DNA of 64,000 nucleotides from Eledone cirrhosa. Taxonomy: Eukaryota. The translations under genes were made by a program, and so were the position numbers. The DNA lies in contig OZ024743.1 in NCBI GenBank assembly GCA_964016885.1, positions 141,856,001 to 141,920,000 of the forward strand, in the 5' to 3' direction. The notes beneath the pieces are model-generated. The model worked only from the letters and a program-made list of their open reading frames with translations, was not told the origin of the DNA and ran no database searches. Position 1 is the stretch's first letter, and every line of letters begins with the position of its first letter. Positions 25,301-38,300 of this stretch are shown piece by piece.

Positions 25301-28300
25301 TGGTGCTTGGTGCTTGGTGTTTGGTCCTTGGTGCTTGGTGGTTGGTCTTTGGTGCTTGGGTTTTGGTGTTTGGTGCTTGGTGCTTGGTGTTTGGTGCTTG
25401 GTTCTTGGTGCTTGGTGCTTGGTGTTTGGTGATTGCTGCTTGGTGCTTGGTGTTTGGTGCTTGGTGCTTGGTGATTAGTGTTTGGTGATTGGTGCTTGGG
25501 GTTTGCTGTTTGGTGCTTGGTGTTTGGTGTTTGGTGCTTGCTGTTTGGTGTTTGGTGTTTGGTTCTTGGTGCTTGGTGTTTGGTGTTTGGTGTTTGGTGC
25601 TTGGTGCTTGGTGCTTGGTGTTTGGTGCTTGGTGCTTGGTGCTTGGTGTTTGGTGCTGCGTGCTTGGTGTTTGGTGTTTGGTGCTTGGTGCCTGGTGCTT
25701 GTTGTTTGGTGTTTGGTGCTTAGTGCATGGTGTTTGGTGTTTGGTGCTTGGTGCTTGGTGGCTGGTGCTTGGTGCTTGGTGTTTGTAGTTTGGTGCTTGG
25801 TGCTTGGTGCCTGGTGTTTCGTGCTTGGTGCTTGGTGCTTGGTGTTTGGTGTTTGGTGCTTGGTGTTTGGTGTTAGGTACTTGGTGCTTGGTGCTTGGTG
25901 CTTGGTGTTTGGTGCTTGGTGTTTGATGCTGCGTGCTTGGTGTTTGGTGTTTGGTGCTTGGTGCTTGGTGTTTGGTGTTTGGAGCTTGGTGCCTGCTGCT
26001 TGTTGTTTGGTGTTTGGTGCTTGGTGCTTGGTGTTTGGTGTTTGGTGCTTGGTGCTTGATGCTTGGTATCTGGTGTTTGGTGCTTGATGTTTGGTGTTTG
26101 GTGCTTGGTGCTTGGTGCTTGGTGTTTGGTGTTTGGTGCTTGGTGCTTGGTGTTTGGTGCTTGGTGTTTGGTGTTTGGTGTTTGATGCTTGGTGTTTGCT
26201 GCTTGGTGCTTGGTGCTTGGTGTTTTGTGTTTGGTGCTTGGTGCTTGGTGCCTGGTGCTTGGTGCTTGGTGCTTGTTGTTTGGTGCTTGGTGCTTGGTGC
26301 TTGGTGTTTGGTGCTTGGTGCTTGGTGCTTGGTGTTTGGTGTTTGGTGCTTGGTGTTTGGTGCTTGGTGTTTGGTGCTTGGTGCTTGGTGCTTGGTGTTA
26401 GGTGTTTGGTGCTTGGTGCTTGGTGTTTGATGTTTGGTCCTTGGTGCTTGTTGTTTGGTGTTTGGTGCTTGGTGCTTGGTGTTTGGTGTTTGGTGCTTGC
26501 TGCTTGCTGCTTGGTGTTTGGTGCTTGGTGATTGGTGCTTGGTGTTTTATGCTTGGTGCTTGGTGTTTGGTGCTAGGGGCTTGGTGCTAGATGCTTGGTG
26601 TTTGGTGCTTGGTGCTTGCTGTTTGGTGTTTGGTGCTTGGTGCGTGGGACTTAGTGTTTGGTGTTTGGTGCTTGGTGTTTTGTGCTTGGTGTTTGGTGCT
26701 TGGTGCTTGGTGTTTGGTGTTTGGTGCTTGGTGCTTGGGGCTTGGTGTTTGGTGCTTAGTGTTTGGTGCTTGGTGTTTGGTGCTTGGTGCTTGGTGCTTT
26801 GTGTTTGGTGTATGGTGTTTGGTGCTTGGTGTTTGGTGCTTGGTGCTTGGTGCTGGGTGGTTGGTGTTTGGTGTTTGGTGCTTGGTGATTGGTGCTTATT
26901 GTTTGGTGCTTGGTGCTTGGTGCTTGGTGCTTGGTCTTTGGTGCTTGGTGTTTGGTGTTTGGTGCTTGGTGCTTGGTGCTTGGTGATTAGTGTTTGGTGC
27001 TTGGTGCTTGGTGCCTGGTGCTTGGTGCTTGGTGCTTGTTGTTTGGTGCTTGGTGCTTGGTGATTAGTGTTTGGTGCTTGGTTCTTGGGGTTTGCTGTTT
27101 GGTGCTTGGGGTTTGGTGTTTGGTGCTTGGTGCTTGGTGTTTGGTGCTTGGTGCTTGGTGTTTGGTGCTTGGTGCTTTGTGTTTGGTGCTTGGTGTTTGG
27201 TGCTTGGTGCTTGGTGCTTGGTGCTTGGTGTTAGGTGTTTGGTGCTTGGTGATTGGTGTTTGATGTTAGGTTCTTGGTGCTTGGTGTTTGGTGTTTGGTG
27301 CTTGGTGCTTGGTGTTTGGTGTTTGGTGCTTGCTGCTTGGTGCTTGGTGTTTTGTGTTTGGAGTTTGGTGCTTGGTGTTTGGTGCTTGGTGCTTGGTGTT
27401 TGGTGTTTGGTGTTTGGTGTTTGGTGATTGGTGCTTGGTGTTTGGTGCTTGGTGCTTGGTGCTTGGTGCTTGGTGTTAGGCGTTTGGTGCTTGGTGCTTG
27501 GTGTTTGATGTTTGGTCCTTGGTGCTTGGTGTTTGGTATTTGGAGCTTGGTGCTTGGTGTTTTGTGTTTGGTGCTTGCTGCTTGCTGCTTTGTGTTTGGT
27601 GCTAGGGACTTGGTGCTTGGTGCTTGGTGTTTGGTGCTTGGTGTTTGGTTTTTGGTGCTTGGTGCGTGGGACCTGGTGTTTGGTGCTTGGTGTTTGGTGC
27701 TTGGTGTTTGGTGCTTGGTGCCTGGTGCTTGGTGTTTGGTGTTTGGTGCTTGGTGTTTGGTGCTTGGTGTTTGGTACTTGGTGTTCGGTGCTTGGTGCTT
27801 GGTGCTTGGTGCTTGGTGTTTGGTGTTTGGTGCTTGGTGCTTGGTGTTTGATGTTTGGTCCTTGGTGCTTGGTGTTTGGTGTTGTGTGCTTGGTGCTTGG
27901 TTCTTGGTGTTTGGTGCTTGGTGCTTGGTGCTTGGTGTTTGGCGTTTGCTGTTTGCTGTTTGGTGTTTGGTGTTTGCTGTTTGGTGTTTGCTGTTTGGTG
28001 TTTGGTGTTTGGTGCTTGGTGCTTGGTGTTTGCTGCTTGGTGCTTGGTGCTTGGTGTTTGGTCCTTGGTGCTTGGTGCTTGGTCTTTGGTGCTTGGGTTT
28101 TGGTGTTTGGTGCTTGGTGCTTGGTGCTTGGTGCTTGGTGCTTGGTGCTTGGTGTTTGGTGCTTGCTGCTTGGTGCTTGGTGTTTGGTGCTTGGTGCTTG
28201 GTGATTAGTGTTTGGTGATTGGTGCTTCGGGTTTGGTGTTTGGGGCTTGGTGTTTGGTGCTTGGTGCTTGCTGTTTGGTGATTGGTGTTTGGTTCTTGGT

Positions 28301-31250
28301 GCTTGGTGTTTGGTGTTTGGTGTTTGGTGCTTGGTGCTTGGTGCTTGGTGTTTGGTGCTTGGTGCTTGGTGTTTGGTGCTGCGTGCTTGGTGTTTGGTGT
28401 TTGGTGCTTGGTGCCTGGTGCTTGTTGTTTGGTGTTTGGTGCTTAGTGCTTGGTGTTTGGTGTTTGGTGCTTGGTTCTTGGTGGCTGGTGTTTGGTGCTT
28501 GGTGTTTGGAGTTTGGTGCTTGGTGCTTGGTGCCTGGTGTTTCGTGCTTGGTGCTTGGTGCTTGGTGTTTGGTGTATGGTGCTTGGTGTTTGGTGTTTGG
28601 TACTTGGGGCTTGGTGCTTGGTGCTTGGTGTTTGGTGCTTGGTGTTTGATGCTGCGTGCTTGGTGTTTGGTGTTTGGTGCTTGGTGCTTGGTGTTTGGTG
28701 TTTGGAGCTTGGTGCCTGGTGCTTGTTGTTTGGTGTTGGCGCTTGGTGCTTGCTGTTTGGTGTTTGGTGCTTGGTGCTTGGTGCTTGGTATCTGGTGTTT
28801 GGGGCTTGATGTTTGGTGTTTGGTGCTTGGTGTTTGGTGTTTGGTGCTTGGTGCTTGGTGTTTGGTGCTTGGTGTTTGATGCTTGGTGTTTGATGCTTGG
28901 TGTTTGATGCTTGGTGCTTGGTGCTTGGTGTTTTGTGTTTGGTGCTTGGTGCTTGGAGCCTGGTGCTTGGTGCTTGGTGCTTGTTGTTTGGTGCTTGGTG
29001 CTTGGTGATTAGTGTTTGGTGCTTCGTGCTTGCGGTTTGGTGTTTGGTGCCTGGGGTTTGGTGTTTGGTGCTTGGTGCTTGGTGTTTGGTGCTTGGTGCT
29101 TGGTGTTTGGTGTTTGCTGTCTGGTGTTTGCTGTTTGGTGTTTGGTGTTTGGTGCTTGCTGTTTGGTGCTTGGTGCTTGGTGTTTGGTGTTTGGTGTTTG
29201 GTGCTTGGTGCTTGCTGTTTGGTGCTTGGTGCTTGGTGCTGGGTGTTTGGTGCTTGGTGCTTGGTGTTTGGTTGTTGGTGCTTGGTGCTTGGTGTTTGGT
29301 CCTTGGTGCTTGGTGCTTGGTCTTTGGTGCTTGGGTTTTGGTGTTTGGTGCTTGGTGCTTGGTGTTTGGTGCTTGGTTCTTGGTGCTTGGTGCTTGGTGT
29401 TTGGTGATTGCTGCTTGGTGCTTGGTGCTTGGTGTTTGGTGCTTGGTGTTTGATGCTGCGTGCTTGGTGTTTGGTGTTTGGTGCTTGGTGCTTGGTGTTT
29501 GGTGTTTGGAGCTTGGTGCCTGCTGCTTGTTGTTTGGTGTTTGGTGCTTGGTGCTTGGTGTTTGGTGTTTGGTGCTTGGTGCTTGATGCTTGGTATCTGG
29601 TGTTTGGTGCTTGATGTTTGGTGTTTGGTGCTTGGTGCTTGGTGCTTGGTGTTTGGTGTTTGGTGCTTGGTGCTTGGTGTTTGGTGCTTGGTGTTTGGTG
29701 TTTGGTGTTTGATGCTTGGTGTTTGCTGCTTGGTGCTTGGTGCTTGGTGTTTTGTGTTTGGTGCTTGGTGCTTGGTGCCTGGTGCTTGGTGCTTGGTGCT
29801 TGTTGTTTGGTGCTTGGTGCTTGGTGCTTGGTGTTTGGTGCTTGGTGCTTGGTGCTTGGTGTTTGGTGTTTGGTGCTTGGTGTTTGGTGCTTGGTGTTTG
29901 GTGCTTGGTGCTTGGTGCTTGGTGTTAGGTGTTTGGTGCTTGGTGCTTGGTGTTTGATGTTTGGTCCTTGGTGCTTGTTGTTTGGTGTTTGGTGCTTGGT
30001 GCTTGGTGTTTGGTGTTTGGTGCTTGCTGCTTGCTGCTTGGTGTTTGGTGCTTGGTGATTGGTGCTTGGTGTTTTATGCTTGGTGCTTGGTGTTTGGTGC
30101 TAGGGGCTTGGTGCTAGATGCTTGGTGTTTGGTGCTTGGTGCTTGCTGTTTGGTGTTTGGTGCTTGGTGCGTGGGACTTAGTGTTTGGTGTTTGGTGCTT
30201 GGTGTTTTGTGCTTGGTGTTTGGTGCTTGGTGCTTGGTGTTTGGTGTTTGGTGCTTGGTGCTTGGGGCTTGGTGTTTGGTGCTTAGTGTTTGGTGCTTGG
30301 TTTTTGGTGCTTGGTGCTTGGTGCTTTGTGTTTGGTGTATGGTGTTTGGTGCTTGGTGTTTGGTGCTTGGTGCTTGGTGCTGGGTGGTTGGTGTTTGGTG
30401 TTTGGTGCTTGGTGATTGGTGCTTATTGTTTGGTGCTTGGTGCTTGGTGCTTGGTGCTTGGTCTTTGGTGCTTGGTGTTTGGTGTTTGGTGCTTGGTGCT
30501 TGGTGCTTGGTGATTAGTGTTTGGTGTTTGGTGCTTGGTGTTTGGTGCTTGGTGCTTGGTGCTGGGTGGTTGGTGTTTGGTGTTTGGTGCTTGGTGATTG
30601 GTGCTTATTGTTTGGTGCTTGGTGCTTGGTGCTTGGTGCTTGGTCTTTGGTGCTTGGTGTTTGGTGCTTGGTGTTTGGTGTTTGGTGCTTGGTGCTTGGT
30701 GCTTGGTAATTAGTGTTTGGTGCTTGGTGCTTGGTGCCTGGTGCTTGGTGCTTGGTGCTTGTTGTTTGGTGCTTGGTACTTGGTGATTAGTGTTTGGTGC
30801 TTGGTGCTTGGGGTTTGGTGTTTGGTGCTTGGGGTTTGGTGTTTGGTGCTTGGTGCTTGGTGTTTGGTGCTCGGTGCTTGGTGTTTGGTGCTTGGTGCTT
30901 TGTGTTTGGTGCTTGGTGTTTGGTGCTTTGATGCTTGGTGCTTGGTGCTTGGTGTTAGGTGTTTGGTGCTTGGTGATTGGTGTTTGATGTTAGGTTCTTG
31001 GTGCTTGGTGTTTGGTGTTTGGTGCTTGGTGCTTGGTGTTTGGTCTTTGGTGCTTGCTGCTTGGTGCCTGGTGTTTTGTGTTTGGAGTTTGGTGCTTGGT
31101 GTTTGGTGCTTGATGCTTGGTGTTTGGTGTTTGGTGTTTGGTGTTTGGTGATTGGTGCTTGGTGTTTGGTGCTTGGTGCTTGGTGCTTGGTGTTTGGTGT
31201 TAGGCGTTTGGTGCTTGGTGCTTGGTATTTGATGTTAGGTTCTTGGTGCT
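22400..31250. repeat. Higher-order tandem array with a ~3.98-kb unit (copy 1 ~22.4-26.4 kb, copy 2 ~26.4-29.9 kb with a 448-bp deletion, partial copy 3 from ~29.9 kb)
   Basis: Offsets 22458/26434, 23018/26994, 23277/27253 and 24232/28208 = 3976 (568 units). The offset becomes 3975 after a 1-bp loss at 28737, then 3527 after ~29.42 kb (25933/29460, 26434/29961). Confidence 0.9.
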
Positions 31251-34200
31251 TGGTGTTTGGTGTTTGGTGCTTGGTGCTTGGTGTTTGGTGTTTGGTGCTT
31301 GATGCTTGGTGCTTGGTGTTTTGTGTTTGGAGTTTGGTGCTTGGTGTTTGGTGCTTGGTGCTTGGTGTTTGGTGTTTGGTGTTTGGTGTTTGGTGATTGG
31401 TGTTTGGTGTTTGGTGCTTGGTGTTTGGTGCTTGGTGCTTGGTGCTTGGTCCTTGGTGCTTGGTGTTTGGTATTTGGAGCTTGGTGCTTGGTGTTTGGTG
31501 TTTGGTGCTTGCTGCTTGCTGCTTGGTGTTTGGTGCTAGGGACTTGGTGCTTGGTGCTTGGTGTTTGGTGCTTGGTGTTTGGTGTTTGGTGCTTGGTGCG
31601 TGGGACTTGGTGTTTGGTGCTTGGTGTTTGGTGCTTGGTGTTTGGTGCTTGGTGCCTGGTGCTTGGTATTTGGTGTTTGGTGCTTGGTGTTTGGTGTTTG
31701 GCGTTTGCTGTTTGCTGTTTGGTGTTTGGTGTTTGCTGTTTGGTGTTTGCTGTTTGGTGTTTGGTGTTTGGTGCTTGGTGCTTGGTGTTTGGTGCTTGGT
31801 GCTTGGTGCTTGGTGTTTGGTCCTTGGTGCTTGGTGCTTGGTCTTTGGTGTTTGGGTTTTGGTGTTTGGTGCTTGGTGCTTGGTGTTTGGCGCTTGGTGA
31901 TTGGTGCTTGGTGCTTGGTGTTTGGTGCTTGCTGCTTGGTGCTTGGTGTTTGGTGCTTGGTGCTTTGTGATTAGTGTTTGGTGATTGGTGCTTCGGGTTT
32001 GGTGTTTGGGGCTTGGTGTTTGGTGCTTGGTGCTTGCTGTTTGGTGATTGGTGTTTGGTTCTTGGTGCTTGGTGTTTGGTGTTTGGTGTTTGGTGCTTGG
32101 TGCTTGGTGCTTGGTGTTTGGTGCTTGGTGCTTGGTGCTTGGTGCTTGGTGTTTGGTGCTGCGTGCTTGGTGTTTGGTGTTTGGTGCTTGGTGCCTGGTG
32201 ATTGTTGTTTGGTGTTTGGTGCTTAGTGCTTGGTGTTTGGTGTTTGGTGCTTGGTGCTTGGTGGCTAGTGTTTGGTGCTTGGTGTTTGGAGTTTGGTGCT
32301 TGGTGCTTGGTGCCTGGTGTTTCGTCCTTGGTGCTTGGTGCTTGGTGTTTGGTGTATGGTGCTTGGTGTTTGGTGTTTGGTACTTGGTGCTTGGTGCTTG
32401 GTGCTTGGTGTTTGGTGCTTGGTGTTTGATGCTGCGTGCTTGGTGTTTGGTGTTTGGTGCTTGGTGCTTGGTGTTTGGTGTTTGGAGCTTGGTGCCTGGT
32501 GCTTGTTGTTTGGTGTTTGGCGCTTGGTGCTTGGTGTTTGGTGTTTGGTGCTTGGTGCTTGGTGCTTGGTATCTGGTGTTTGGTGCTTGATGTTTGGTGT
32601 TTGGTGCTTGGTGTTTGGTGTTTGGTGCTTGGTGCTTGGTGTTTGGTGCTTGGTGTTTGGTGCTTGGTGTTTGATGCTTGGTGTTTGCTGCTTGGTGCTT
32701 AGTGCTTGGTGTTTTGTGTTTGGTGCTTGGTGCATGGAGTCTGGTGCTTGGTGCTTGGTGCTTGTTGTTTGGTGCTTGGTGCTTGGTGATTAGTGTTTGG
32801 TGCTTGGTGCTTGCGGTTTGGTGTTCGGTGCTTGGGGTTTGATGTTTGGTGCTTGGTGCTTGGTGTTTGGTGCTTGGTGCTTGGTGCTTGGTGTTTGGTG
32901 CTTGGTGCTTGGTGTTTGGTGCTTGGTGCTTGGTGTTTGGTGTTTGGCGTTTGCTGTTTGCTGTTTGGTGTTTGGTGTTTGCTGTTTGGTGCTTGGTGCT
33001 TGGTGTTTGGTGTTTGGTGTTTGGTGCTTGGTGCTTGGTGTTTGGTGCTTGGTGCTTGGTGCTGGGTGTTTGGTGCTTGGTGCTTGGTGTTTGGTTGTTG
33101 GTGCTTGGTGCTTGGTGTTTGGTCCTTGGTGCTTGGTGCTTGGTCTTTGGTGCTTGTGTTTTGGTGTTTGGTGCTTGGTGCTTGGTGTTTGGTGCTTGGT
33201 TCTTGGTGCTTGGTGCTTGGTGTTTGGTGATTGCTGCTTGGTGCTTGGTGTTTGGTGCTTGGTGCTTGGTGATTAGTGTTTGGTGATTGGTGCTTGGGGT
33301 TTGCTGTTTGGTGCTTGGTGTTTGGTGCTTGGTGCTTGCTGTTTGGTGTTTGGTGTTTGGTTCTTGGTGCTTGGTGTTTGGTGTTTGGTGTTTGGTGCTT
33401 GGTCCTTGGTGCTTGGTGTTTGGTGCTTGGTGCTTGGTGCTTGGTGTTTGGTGCTGCGTGCTTGGTGTTTGGTGTTTGGTGCTTGGTGCCTGGTGCTTGT
33501 TGTTTGGTGTTTGGTGCTTAGTGCATGGTGTTTGGTGTTTGGTGCTTGGTGCTTGGTGGCTGGTGCTTGGTGTTTGGTGTTTGGAGTTTGGTGCTTGGTG
33601 CTTGGTGCCTGGTGTTTCGTGCTTGGTGCTTGGTGTTTGGTGTTTGGTGCTTGGTGCTTGGTGTTTTGTGTTTGGAGCTTGGTGCCTGTTGCTTGTTGTT
33701 TGGTGTTTGGTGCTTGGTGCTTGGTGTTTGGTGTTTGGTGCTTGGTGCTTGATGCTTGGTATCTGGTGTTTGGTGCTTGATGTTTGGTGTTTGGTGCTTG
33801 GTGCTTGGTGCTTGGTGTTTGGTGTTTGGTGCTTGGTGCTTGGTGTTTGGTGCTTGGTGTTTGGTGTTTGGTGTTTGATGCTTGGTGTTTGCTGCTTGGT
33901 GCTTGGTGCTTGGTGTTTTGTGTTTGGTGCTTGGTGCTTGGTGCCTGGTGCTTGGTGCTTGGCGCTTGTTGTTTGGTGCTTGGTGCTTGGTGCTTGGTGT
34001 TTGGTGCTTGGTGCTTGGTGCTTGGTGTTTGGTGCTTGGTGCTTGGTGTTTGGTGCTTGGTGCTTGGTGTTTGGTGCTTGGTGTTTGGTGCTTGGTGCTT
34101 GGTGCTTGGTGCTTGGTGTTAGGTGTTTGGTGCTTGGTGCTTGGTGTTTGATGTTTGGTCCTTGGTGCTTGGGGTTTGGTGTTTGGTGCTTGGTGCTTGG

Positions 34201-35399
34201 TGTTTGGTGTTTGGTGCTTGCTGCTTGCTGCTTGGTGTTTGGTGCTTGGTGATTGGTGCTTGGTGTTTTGTGCTTGGTGCTTGGTGTTTGGTGTTTGGTG
34301 CTAGGGGCTTGGTGCTTGGTGCTTGGTGTTTGGTGCTTGGTGCTTGCTGTTTGGTGTTTGGTGCTTGGTGCGTGGGACTTAGTGTTTGGTGTTTGGTGCT
34401 TGGTGTTTGGTGCTTGGTGTTTGGTGCTTGGTGTTTGGGGCTTGGTGTTCGGTGCTTGGTGCTTGGTGCTTGGGGCTTGGTGTTTGGTGCTTGGTGCTTG
34501 GTGCTTGGTGTTTGATGTTGGGTCCTTGGTGCTTGGTCTTTGGTGTTTGGTGCTGGTGTTTGGTGTTTGGTGCTTGGTGCTTGGTGTTTGGTGTTTGGTG
34601 CTTGGTGCTTGGGGCTTGGTGTTTGGTGCTTGGTGCTTGGTGTTTGGTGCTTCTGCTTGGGGCTTGGTAGTTGGTGCTTGGTGCTTGGTGCCTGGTGTTT
34701 GGTGTTTGGTGTTTGGTGCTTGGTGTATGGTGCTTGGTGCTTGGTGCTGGGTGGTTGGTGTTTGGTGCTTGGTGCTTGGTGTTTGGTGCTTGGTGCTTGG
34801 TGCTTGTTGTTTGGTGCTTGGTGCTTGGTGCTTGGTCTTTGGTGCATGGTGTTTGGTGTTTGGCACTTGGTGCTTGGTGCTTCGTGATTTTTGCTTGGTG
34901 CTTGGTGCTTGGTGTTTGGTGCTTGGTGCTTGGTGATTAGTGTTTGTTGCTTGGTGCTTGGGGTTTGGTGGTTGGTGCTTGGTGCTTGGTGTTTGGTGTT
35001 TGGTGTTTGGTGTTTGCTGTTTGTTGTTTGGTGTCTGCTTTTTGGTGTTTGGTGTTTGCTGTATGGTGTTTGCTGTTTCGTATTTGGTTTTTGCTGTTTG
35101 GTGTTTGGTGTTTGCTGTTTGGTGTTTGGTGTTTGGTGCTTGGTGCTTGGTGTTTGGCTTTGGTGCTTGGTGCTTGGTGTTTGGTGCTTGGTGCTTGGTG
35201 TTTGGTGCTTGGTGCTTGGTGCTTGTTGTTTGGTGCTTGGTGCTTGGTGCTTGGTCTTTGGTGCATGGTGTTTGGTGTTTGGTGCTTGGTGCCTGGTGCT
35301 TGTTGTATGGTGTTTGGTGCTTGGTGCTTGGTGTTTGGTGTTTGCTGCTTGGTGTCTGGTGTTTGGTGCTTGGTGTTTGGTGTTTGGTGCTTGGTGCTT

Positions 35400-38300
35400 G
35401 GTGCTTGGTGTTTGGTGTTTGGTGCTTGGTGCTTGGTGTTTGGTGTTTGGTGCTGGGTGCATGGAGTTTGGTGCTTGGTGCTTAGTGCTTGGTGTTTGGT
35501 GTTTGGTGCTTGGTATTTGGTGTTTGGTGTTTGATGCTTGGTGCGTGGTGCTTGGTGCTTCGTGTTTTGTGTTTGGTGCTTGGTGCTTGGTGCCTGGTGC
35601 TTGGTGCTTGGTGATTAGTGTTTGGTGCTTGGTGCTTGGTGTTTGGTGCTTGGTGTTTGGTGCTTGGTGCCTGGTGCTTGGTGTTTGGTGTTTGATGCTT
35701 GGTGTTTGGTGTTTGGTGTTTGGTACTTGGTGTTCGGTGCTTGGTGCTTGGTGCTTGGTGCTTGGTGTTTGGTGTTTGGTGCTTGGTGCTTGGTGTTTGA
35801 TGTTTGGTCCTTGGTGCTTGGTGTTTGGTGTTGTGTGCTTGGTGCTTGGTGCTTGGTGTTTGGTGCTTGGTGCTTGGTGCTTGGTGTTTGGCGTTTGCTG
35901 TTTGCTGTTTGGTGTTTGGTGTTTGCTGTTTGGTGTTTGCTGTTTGGTGCTTGGTGCTTGGTGTTTGGTGTTTGGTGCTTGGTGTTTGGTGCTTGGTGCT
36001 TGGTGCTGGGTGTTTGGTGCTTGGTGCTTGGTGTTTGGTTCTTGGTGATTGGTGCTTGGTGTTTGGTCCTTGGTGCTTGGTGCTTGGTCTTTGGTGCTTG
36101 GGTTTTGGTGTTTGGTGCTTGGTGCTTGGTGTTTGGTGCTTGGTGTTTGGTGCTTGGTGCTTGGTTATTAGTGTTTGGTGATTGGTGCTTGGGGTTTGGT
36201 GTTTGGGGCTTGGTGTTTGGTGCTTAGTGCTTGCTCTTTGGTGTTTGGTGTTTGGTTCTTGGTGCTTGGTGTTTGGTGTTTGGTGTTTGGTGCTTGGTGC
36301 TTGGTGCTTGGTGTTTGGTGCTTGGTGCTTGGTGCTTGGTGTTTAGTGCTGCGTGTTTGGTGTTTGGTGTTTGGTGCTTGGTGCCTGGTGCTTGTTGTTT
36401 GGTGTTTCGTGCTTAGTGCGCGGTGTTTGGTGTTTGGTGCTTGGTGCTTGGTGGCTGGTGTTTGGTGCTTGGTGTTTGGAGTTTGGTGCTTGGTGCTTGG
36501 TGCCTGGTGTTTCGTGCTTGGTGCTTGGTGCTTGGTGTTTGATGTTTGGTGCTTGGTGTTTGGTGTTTGGTACTTGGTGCTTGGTGCTTGGTGCTTGGTG
36601 TTTGGTGCTTGGTGTTTGATGCTGCGTGCTTGGTGTTTGGTGCTTGGTGCTTGGTGCTTGGTATCTGGTGTTTGGTGCTTGATGTTTGGTGTTTGGTGCT
36701 TGGTGTTTGGTGTTTGGTGCTTGGTGTTTGGTGCTTGGTGTTTGGTGTTTGGTGTTTGATGCTTGGTGTTTGCTGCTTGGTGCTTGGTGCTTGGTGTTTT
36801 GTGTTTGGTGCTTGGTGCTTGGTGCCTGGTGCTTGGTGCTTGGTGCTTGTTGTTTGGTTCTTGGTGCTTGGTGATTAGTGTTTGGTGCTTGGTGCTTGCT
36901 GATTGGTGTTTGGTGTTCGGTTCTTGGTGCTTGGTGTATGGTGTTTAGTGTCTGGTGCTTGGTGCTTGGTGTTTGGTGTTTGGTGTTTGGTACTTGGTGT
37001 TCGGTGCTTGGTGCTTGGTGCTTGGTGCTTGGTGTTTGGTGTTTGGTGCTTGGTGCTTGGTGTTTGATGTTTGGTCCTTGGTGCTTGGTGTTTGGTGTTG
37101 TGTGCTTGGTGCATGGTGCTTGATGTTTGGTGCTTGGTGCTTGGTGCTTGGTGTTTGGCGTTTGCTGTTTGCTGTTTGGTGTTTGGTGTTTGCTGTTTGG
37201 TGTTTGCTGTTTGGTGTTTGGTGTTTGGTGCTTGCTGTTTGGTGCTTGGTGCTTGGTGTTTGGTGTTAGGTGCTTGGTGTTTGGTGCTTGGTGCTTGGTG
37301 CTGAGTGTTTGATGCTTGGTGCTTGGTGTTTGGTGCTTGGTGATTGGTGCTTGGTGTTTGGTCCTTGGTGCTTGGTGCTTGGTCTTTGGTGCTTGGGTTT
37401 TGGTGTTTGGTGCTTGGTGCTTGGTGTTTGGTGCTTGGTGCTTGGTGTTTGGTGCTTGGTGCTTGGTGTTTGGTGCTTGGTGCTTTGTGTTTGGTGCTTG
37501 GTGTTTGGTGCTTGCTGCTTGGTGCTTGGTGTTTGGTGCTTGGTGCTTGGTGATTAGTGTTTGGTGATTGTGCTTGGGGTTTGGTGTTTGGGGCTTGGTG
37601 TTTGGTGCTTAGTGCTTGCTGTTTGGTGTTTGGTGTTTGGTTCTTGGTGCTTGGTGTTTGGTGTTTGGTGTTTGGTGCTTGGTGCTTGGTGCTTGGTGTT
37701 TGGTGCTTTGTGCTTGGTGTTTGGTGCTTGGTGCCTGGTGCTTGTTGTTTGGTGTTTGGTGCTTAGTGCTTGGTGTTTGGTGTTTGGTGCTTGGTGCTTG
37801 GTGGCTGGTGTTTGGTGCTTGGTGTTTGGAGTTTGGTGCTTGGTGCTTGGTGCCTGGTGTTTCGTGCTTGGTGCTTGGTGCTTGGTGCTTGGTGTTTGGT
37901 GTTTGGTGTTTGGTGTTTGGTGTTTGCTGTTTGGTGTCTGCTTTTTGGTGTTTGGTGTTTGCTGTATGGTGTTTGCTGTTTCGTATTTGGTTTTTGCTGT
38001 TTGGTGTTTGGTGTTTGCTGTTTGGTGTTTGGTGTTTGGTGCTTGGTGCTTGGCTTTGGTGCTTGGTGCTTGGTGTTTGGTGCTTGGTGCTTGGTGTTTG
38101 GTGTTTGGTGCTTGGTGCCTGGTGCTTGTTGTATGGGGTTTGGTGCTTGGTGCTTGGTGTTTGGTGTTTGCTGCTTGGTGTCTGGTGTTTGGTGCTTGGT
38201 GTTTGGTGTTTGGTGCTTGGTGCTTGGTGCTTGGTGTTTGGTGTTTGGTGCTTGGTGCTTGGTGTTTGGTGTTTGGTGCTGGGTGCATGGAGTTTGGTGC

